Below, one piece after another: positions 58,658-64,000 of a DNA stretch of 64,000 nucleotides. Origin of the DNA: Spirochaetia bacterium (lineage in GTDB: Bacteria; Spirochaetota; Spirochaetia; DSM-2461); the NCBI GenBank assembly GCA_963666985.2, contig CAXXIA010000002.1, positions 1,120,001-1,184,000 of the forward strand. Direction: 5' to 3'. A model generated the notes under the pieces. The model saw only the letters and a program-made list of their open reading frames with translations. It had not been told where the DNA came from and ran no database searches. The position numbers and the translations under genes are program-made. The first letter of the stretch is position 1, and each line of letters starts with the position of its first letter.

Positions 58658-59290
58658 TCATCGGATAAAGCTGAATACAATAAGGAACTGCGCCGCTATA
58701 TAGGTACTCATTACAACCCAGAATGAACCGGAGAGCCGCTTACGGAAGTGGTCGATGCTGAGGATTCCATCGGAAATCAGAAATAAAACCGATCCCGGAA
58801 AAGCCCAGAAGGCCAAAGCGCTCCCTCCGGAAAGCCAACGGAAAAGAGCCGCCGTGCTCATCAGCGACAGAACGATACTGTACAAAACAATCGCCGGAAG
58901 CATTTTCCCGGCATCCTTTTTCAGATAGAGAATAATCGCCACCAGGAAAGGAAGATAAAAAAGAGACAGAAAAAACCGGCCGCGGCTCAGCATCGACCAA
59001 TGGATTTGATCGGCCAAGGCCAAGATATAAAAGATATGTCCGCAAAAAAACATAAGCAAACCGGAAAGAAACCAGCGCGGCTTCTTATCCCGAATCAGCA
59101 GAAGATCTCCAATATAACCGAATGCCAAACCGCATATCAGCAAGACATTCACCGCCCCGGCATGAACAGTAAAATAAACAAGCGCCACGGAAGGCATCAG
59201 CAGACCTTTGGTCAGGCTTTGCCACGGAGAATGAGAAATGGACAGCAGATGAATCAACGCGATGAAACCGAAAATAAAATAAACAGTCAT
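58658..59290 (-). CDS. YhhN family lysoplasmalogenase
   Basis: TK.LLMP, GDLLL, F..GL..F..GH..Y, LF.ISD, VM.TY..AQ. Confidence 0.9.
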   Translation of the reverse strand: MTVYFIFGFIALIHLLSISHSPWQSLTKGLLMPSVALVYFTVHAGAVNVLLICGLAFGYIGDLLLIRDKKPRWFLSGLLMFFCGHIFYILALADQIHWSMLSRGRFFLSLFYLPFLVAIILYLKKDAGKMLPAIVLYSIVLSLMSTAALFRWLSGGSALAFWAFPGSVLFLISDGILSIDHFRKRLSGSFWVVMSTYIAAQFLIVFSFIR

Positions 59291-59718
59291 AACTTGAGTA
59301 TATCCCACCCGGCCGATTTTCTAATTTGTAAAAAGAGGTTCGGCGAATAAGAGTGGATCGGCTTCACACGGAGCGTTCATCAATGGCACCAAACGGCCGC
59401 CCAAGGCCGTTTGGTGCCCCGTTTCTCCGCGGCGGACCGCCGAATAGGGATCAAATCCCGCCGCTGATTGAGCTTCGGCAGACAGTCGGCACTCATTAGC
59501 CGCTATCGCCGATAAAAAACATAAACTCAGGAAGGACGAAACAGGCCGATTCAATCACTTAATAACAAAACTTTCGATAAAGATTTACTCGAATGGCTGG
59601 AAGAAACCTCACCATTTTTCTACAATAAATGCAATTCGGCGTATTACTCCAATAACATTTCATCTGAAATAAAAGACCGACATCCGAAACGCCGCGGATC
59701 GGTCCACAAGGAGACCAA

Positions 59719-61617
59719 ATGAATCCCAAGTATGACGCTCTGTTAAAGGACAAAATGTCCGATGCCAGCTATGCGCGTCTGACGGCTTTGAAAAACCAGA
59801 AGGTGTACGATTTCGTCGGAGAATTCGCAGAGCACTGTGATCCGGCCACCATTTTCGTCGCCGACGACAGTCTTGAAGACGAACAGTATGTTCGTGACCA
59901 GGCTCTGGCGAAAGGGGAGGAAAGCAAGCTCGCCAAGAAAGGCCAAACCATGCACTATGACGGCTACGGCGATCAGGCCCGGGACAAGGTGAACACCCGT
60001 TACATGGTTTACCCCGAAAACCTTGAGCGCATGAAAACCCTCAACTCTTTGCCCTATGAACAGGGTTACAAAGAAATCATGGGAATTGCCAAGGGTATTA
60101 TGAAAGGCAAGGACGCCATCGTAAAATTCTTCGCCGAAGGCCCTACCGGCAGCCCCTTCACCATCCCGTGCGTACAGTTCACCGACTCCTGGTACGTCGC
60201 CCACTCCGAGGCTATTCTCTACCGCCCTGCATACGATCATTTTCTGAACATGAAGGAAGATGAAAAAGACGATATCTTCCGGTTCATCCACTCCGCGGGA
60301 GAACTCGACGAACGGGGCTGTACCGTGAACCTGGATAAGCGCCGCATCTACATGGATACTCAGAACAACATCGTTTATTCCATGAACGATCAGTACGCCG
60401 GCAACTCGGTGGGTTTGAAAAAACACTCCATGCGCTTGGCCATCAACAAAGGCGGTCAGGAAGGCTGGCTCTGCGAGCATATGTTCGTCATGGCCGTTGT
60501 AAATCCCTCCAGCAAGCGCAAAACTTACTTCTGCGGCGCCTACCCCTCCGCCTGCGGCAAAACCTCCACGGCCATGGTTCCCGGTGAAGAGGTTGTCGGT
60601 GACGACATCGCCTACTTCCGGAACATCGACGGAGAATTCCGCGCCGTCAACGTGGAACAGGGCATCTTCGGCATCATCAAGGACGTCAATGCCGATGACG
60701 ATCCGGTTATTTTCGAAAACCTCAGAATCCCCCAGGAAGTTATCTTTTCCAACGTCCTTACGGGTCCGGACAACGAACCCTACTGGACCGGAATGGGCGA
60801 AGAGATTCCCGCCGAGGGTCACAACCATCACGGCGCTTGGAAATTGGGCGATAAGGATTCGGCCGGAAAGGAAGTTACCTGCTCCCACGCCAACAGCCGC
60901 TACACCATGCGTCTGGACTACCTGACCAATTTCGATAAGGAAGGCTTCGACGCCAAGAAGGGTGTTAAGGTCGACGGTCTGCTCTACGGCGGACGCGATT
61001 CGGACACCACCGTTCCGGTGGAGGAATCCCCCTCCTACGCCAGCGGTATCCTGCTGAAGGCCGCCACTCTGGAATCCGAAACCACCGCCGCCACCCTCGG
61101 CGCCGAAGGTGTCCGGACCGCCAGTCCCATGGCCAACATGGACTTTGTCTCCTACCCGTTGGGCGAGTACACCGACAACAACCTGAAGTTCACCAAAGGA
61201 ATGAAGGCCGAACCCAAGGTGTTCAGCACCAACTACTTCATGCTGAGCCCCAAAGGCAAGTTCATGACCAGCAAGCTGGCCAAGAAGGTGTGGCTGCACT
61301 GGGCCGAAGGCCGAGTGCACGGGGAATACGAAGGTTACAAAACTCCCACGGGAACCATTCCTCTGTACGCCGATCTGAAGAAGCTCTTCAAGGAACTTCT
61401 GAACGAAAACTTCACCGAGGAAGACTACACCTATCTCTTTACCTTCCGCTGCACCAAGTGGATCGAAAAGCTCCAGCGCACCAAAGCGTTCTACGCCAAG
61501 ATGGACAGCAAGGTGCCCCAAAACATCTATGATGCATGGGATAAGGCTATCGCCGATATTTCCGCCGTCAGGGACAAATACGGCGACGAAATCAAACCCG
61601 GAGCTTTCAAGGGCTGA
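59719..61617 (+). CDS. pckG: GTP-dependent phosphoenolpyruvate carboxykinase
   Basis: FIHSAG, YAGN..G.KK...R, WLCEHM, PSACGKT, VGDDIAY, H.NSR, GGRD. Confidence 0.93.
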   Translation: MNPKYDALLKDKMSDASYARLTALKNQKVYDFVGEFAEHCDPATIFVADDSLEDEQYVRDQALAKGEESKLAKKGQTMHYDGYGDQARDKVNTRYMVYPENLERMKTLNSLPYEQGYKEIMGIAKGIMKGKDAIVKFFAEGPTGSPFTIPCVQFTDSWYVAHSEAILYRPAYDHFLNMKEDEKDDIFRFIHSAGELDERGCTVNLDKRRIYMDTQNNIVYSMNDQYAGNSVGLKKHSMRLAINKGGQEGWLCEHMFVMAVVNPSSKRKTYFCGAYPSACGKTSTAMVPGEEVVGDDIAYFRNIDGEFRAVNVEQGIFGIIKDVNADDDPVIFENLRIPQEVIFSNVLTGPDNEPYWTGMGEEIPAEGHNHHGAWKLGDKDSAGKEVTCSHANSRYTMRLDYLTNFDKEGFDAKKGVKVDGLLYGGRDSDTTVPVEESPSYASGILLKAATLESETTAATLGAEGVRTASPMANMDFVSYPLGEYTDNNLKFTKGMKAEPKVFSTNYFMLSPKGKFMTSKLAKKVWLHWAEGRVHGEYEGYKTPTGTIPLYADLKKLFKELLNENFTEEDYTYLFTFRCTKWIEKLQRTKAFYAKMDSKVPQNIYDAWDKAIADISAVRDKYGDEIKPGAFKG

Positions 61618-61648
61618 TGTTCCTTGTTAATTGAGTAATCCGACTTTT

Positions 61649-61679
61649 CAGGGCCGCTCCAACCGGAGCGGCCCTGTTT
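61649..61679. terminator. Terminator hairpin between convergent pckG and vWA genes
   Basis: CAGGGCCGCTCC-AACC-GGAGCGGCCCTG-TTT. Confidence 0.8.
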
Positions 61680-61741
61680 ATATGTGGATTCTAAAGAAAG
61701 GATTATCCACTGCGTCCGGCCGAAACGAAACCGAGGATAAC

Positions 61742-62590
61742 CTATTGGAAATACGGAACCAGGACGCCTGAGAACACTTCGCCGAAAGTATCCGCCGTTG
61801 CCTCTTCGTCGAGCAGAGTGATGTCCCAGGCGGTTCCCCCGATATCGCTATCCCACGCGAAATTGGTGATATAATCGCTCCGGACATTGGTGGCGTTCTC
61901 GATGATGGAAAAAGACCCGACTTGCGCTGTGTACCCGCCGGCATTATCGGAAAGGAATGCCGTATAATCGTAGTCCGCTCCAAAGATGGTATCGGTCCCG
62001 GCGGAAGAGTAGCTCACATTCACGATGGCGTGGAAGGAAAACGCTTCATCAAACAAAAGTTTGACCGAGGAGAGACTCACCGTCGAATCGACGATGTCAC
62101 GGTCCTCGTCTGTAATCAGGATAATCGCGTGGGGAGCCTCGTCCCTGAACGTCAGGGTTTCGAACGCATAAGTGATGGCATCGTAGCCGTCCTCGGTGCC
62201 GTCTCCGCCGGCCGCGCCTAGCGCGGAAATCGCCGTTTCCAAGTCATCCGCGTCCACCCATCCGCCGGTTCTGTTCACATTTCCGGAAGTCCCCCCGAAT
62301 CCGATCAGCGCATATTGAGTCTCGGTGATTTCCGCATCTTCCAGCGCCGTTTCCAAGGCTCCCGCCAGGCCGGACAAACTGTCGATGACGTCGATCATGG
62401 TGCCCGATTCATCCACAACGAAGACGATATCCGCCGGAGTTCCCGTCGGAGTCGGATTGGGATCGGCCGTCGGGGTATCTTCGGGACCGACCTCTTTACA
62501 GGATAATAAAATCAATCCGCAGACCAATACCGCAACGATGCTTACGGCCCGAGAGGACAATAATTTTTTCGGCATAAAATGAGACTCCAT
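61742..62590 (-). CDS. vWA-domain lipoprotein
   Basis: LLSC lipobox; Pro/Thr linker; DIVFVVDESGTM, GTEDGYDAI, ILITDEDRD. Confidence 0.85.
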   Translation of the reverse strand: MESHFMPKKLLSSRAVSIVAVLVCGLILLSCKEVGPEDTPTADPNPTPTGTPADIVFVVDESGTMIDVIDSLSGLAGALETALEDAEITETQYALIGFGGTSGNVNRTGGWVDADDLETAISALGAAGGDGTEDGYDAITYAFETLTFRDEAPHAIILITDEDRDIVDSTVSLSSVKLLFDEAFSFHAIVNVSYSSAGTDTIFGADYDYTAFLSDNAGGYTAQVGSFSIIENATNVRSDYITNFAWDSDIGGTAWDITLLDEEATADTFGEVFSGVLVPYFQ

Positions 62591-62938
62591 TTTTTAATTC
62601 CGCTTAACCGACGATTTAAACGTAGCACAGTTTTTCGGTTTAAAAGTGACATAGAGAGCCGTTTTAAAAATCGAATTACGCTTTTTTACACACCCTCCGC
62701 TAAAAAGCCCTAACCATTACGGTGTTCCGAAGCTCGGTAAAAATACCTTGGTAAGAAAGCCATATCCTCATATAACAGCTGCAAAACTCTGTATTGAGAG
62801 CAAACGCTTTAAAGAACCTAAAACAGGAACATTCATGAGCCGCCGACTTGCCGGAACTCAAAAATCCGGAGAGCCTTTGATCAAGACCTCGAATAAAACA
62901 TCGACATTGAGAATAAATTTATGTTAACATTTCCTATA

Positions 62939-63994
62939 ATGAATACCAAACACATTTTTCCTATTCCGCTGGGACTGACTTTAGCCGTTCTCCTCCTCGG
63001 ATGCGTCACCGTTATGCCTCATAATGATGCATATTATTCGAATGTTCTCGCGGAACGATATCCGTCGAGCGACTTCCGAAAAATCGATGAAGCCGTACTC
63101 GCGCTGGATATCGGCAGCGACACTACCGTCAAGCAGTTGGCGAACGCCCTCGACGCCATAGGGATGAACGAGTGGGAAGACATCCGAGCCGCTTACGTCT
63201 GGATCGCTTACAATATCGAAATGGATACCGAAAGATTCTTTTCCGGCTTGGAGCCGCCGCAAAGTTCCGAAGAAACGTTGGAATCAAGAAAAGCAATGTC
63301 CGTTGGATTCTCAACCCTCTTTTCTGAGATTCTCAGTGAAATAGGATTCAAGAATCTTATCGTTTCAGGATACTCGAAAGCCTTCAGATTCACCGCCGAA
63401 ACAGACGCAAAGTGGTCCGGACATTCATGGAACATCGTCGATATCGACGGCGATTTGCACTATTTCGATCCCATGTGGGGAGCGGGGATTATTAAAAACC
63501 GGAGCTTTGATCAGTTCTTCGACGAGTTCTATTTCGACACGAAACCGGAAGATTTTATTTTCACCAATCTGCCCGATCAAGAAGAAATGCAGGGCTTGAC
63601 GGAACCGATCGACCGGGAAACGTTCTTCAAGCTCCCTTATCTAAACGGATACTCACTCGGCCGAGGCATTGAATCCGGTCCAATCCTGACAGCGGTGAAA
63701 AACGGCGAGACCGTATCCCTTCCCGAATTCTTTAAATACAACCAAGATCTGACGTACGTCGAATTCCCGATGACCTCAACCCTGCCGGCCGGCGAACGAT
63801 GCCGAATCGTCATTGAAAGCAGTTCTCCGGAAATGATGGTCCTTCTCGGGACCGGTGACCGTGAAGTCATCAAACCCGTTGACGGTCGATTTACATACGA
63901 AAAGGTTCTGATAAAAGGATCCGTGACTTTTTTTCTGAGGAATCCCAGAGACAACGACGTATTCTGGGCAATCTGCAGTTATCTCGTCGAATAA
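62939..63994 (+). CDS. Transglutaminase-like (KY/Cyk3-type) lipoprotein with catalytic Cys apparently replaced by Ser
   Basis: LLGC lipobox; RA.YVWI..NI, KAMSVGFS.LF, V.GYSK, HSWN.V, D..WGAG. Confidence 0.8.
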   Translation: MNTKHIFPIPLGLTLAVLLLGCVTVMPHNDAYYSNVLAERYPSSDFRKIDEAVLALDIGSDTTVKQLANALDAIGMNEWEDIRAAYVWIAYNIEMDTERFFSGLEPPQSSEETLESRKAMSVGFSTLFSEILSEIGFKNLIVSGYSKAFRFTAETDAKWSGHSWNIVDIDGDLHYFDPMWGAGIIKNRSFDQFFDEFYFDTKPEDFIFTNLPDQEEMQGLTEPIDRETFFKLPYLNGYSLGRGIESGPILTAVKNGETVSLPEFFKYNQDLTYVEFPMTSTLPAGERCRIVIESSSPEMMVLLGTGDREVIKPVDGRFTYEKVLIKGSVTFFLRNPRDNDVFWAICSYLVE

Positions 63995-64000
63995 ACCGGA

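Noticed and set aside
59743..61521. 592-aa antisense ORF over pckG
   Set aside because: Shadow ORF expected from strong codon bias of the sense gene; no motifs
1..64000. CRISPR arrays, tRNA/rRNA, IS elements, prophage or defence genes
   Set aside because: No regularly spaced repeat array, cloverleaf, transposase, integrase, or phage or nuclease motif was recognised by eye

Overview
This 64-kb window is moderately GC-rich, gene-dense bacterial chromosome, most likely from a spirochaete (Spirochaetia). That call rests on a DUF5312-like protein, a spirochaete-type LysM lipoprotein and many lipoproteins. I found no rRNA, tRNA, CRISPR array, transposase, integrase or prophage gene. About 55 CDS are present. 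Transport: phnD-phnC-phnE (phnC frameshifted, phnE unusually large), a sugar ABC ATPase, modABC behind a sigma-54 promoter, a TRAP transporter beside an NtrC-type two-component system, and a DUF1007-RcnA fusion. Envelope: an LpoB/COG3014/LPP20/M15 peptidase operon and a cholesterol-glucosyltransferase-like GT4 next to an acyltransferase and YhhN. Metabolism: hom, glgP, codA, GTP-PEPCK and a sulfotransferase + DUF1214 pair. Regulation and stress: a Fur/PerR-DpsL-cytochrome b5-RHH cluster, an SDR-TetR cassette flanked by 52-bp direct repeats, MocR + DUF2917, and an EAL-CBS-GGDEF protein. The leads most worth following are the putative acyl-steryl-glycoside operon, a rod-like structured RNA candidate upstream of hom, the RHH-Cys regulator, the repeat-bounded SDR-TetR cassette, the enlarged PhnE with its frameshifted PhnC, and an orphan secreted protein. 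All family calls come from motif recognition by eye; no searches were run.
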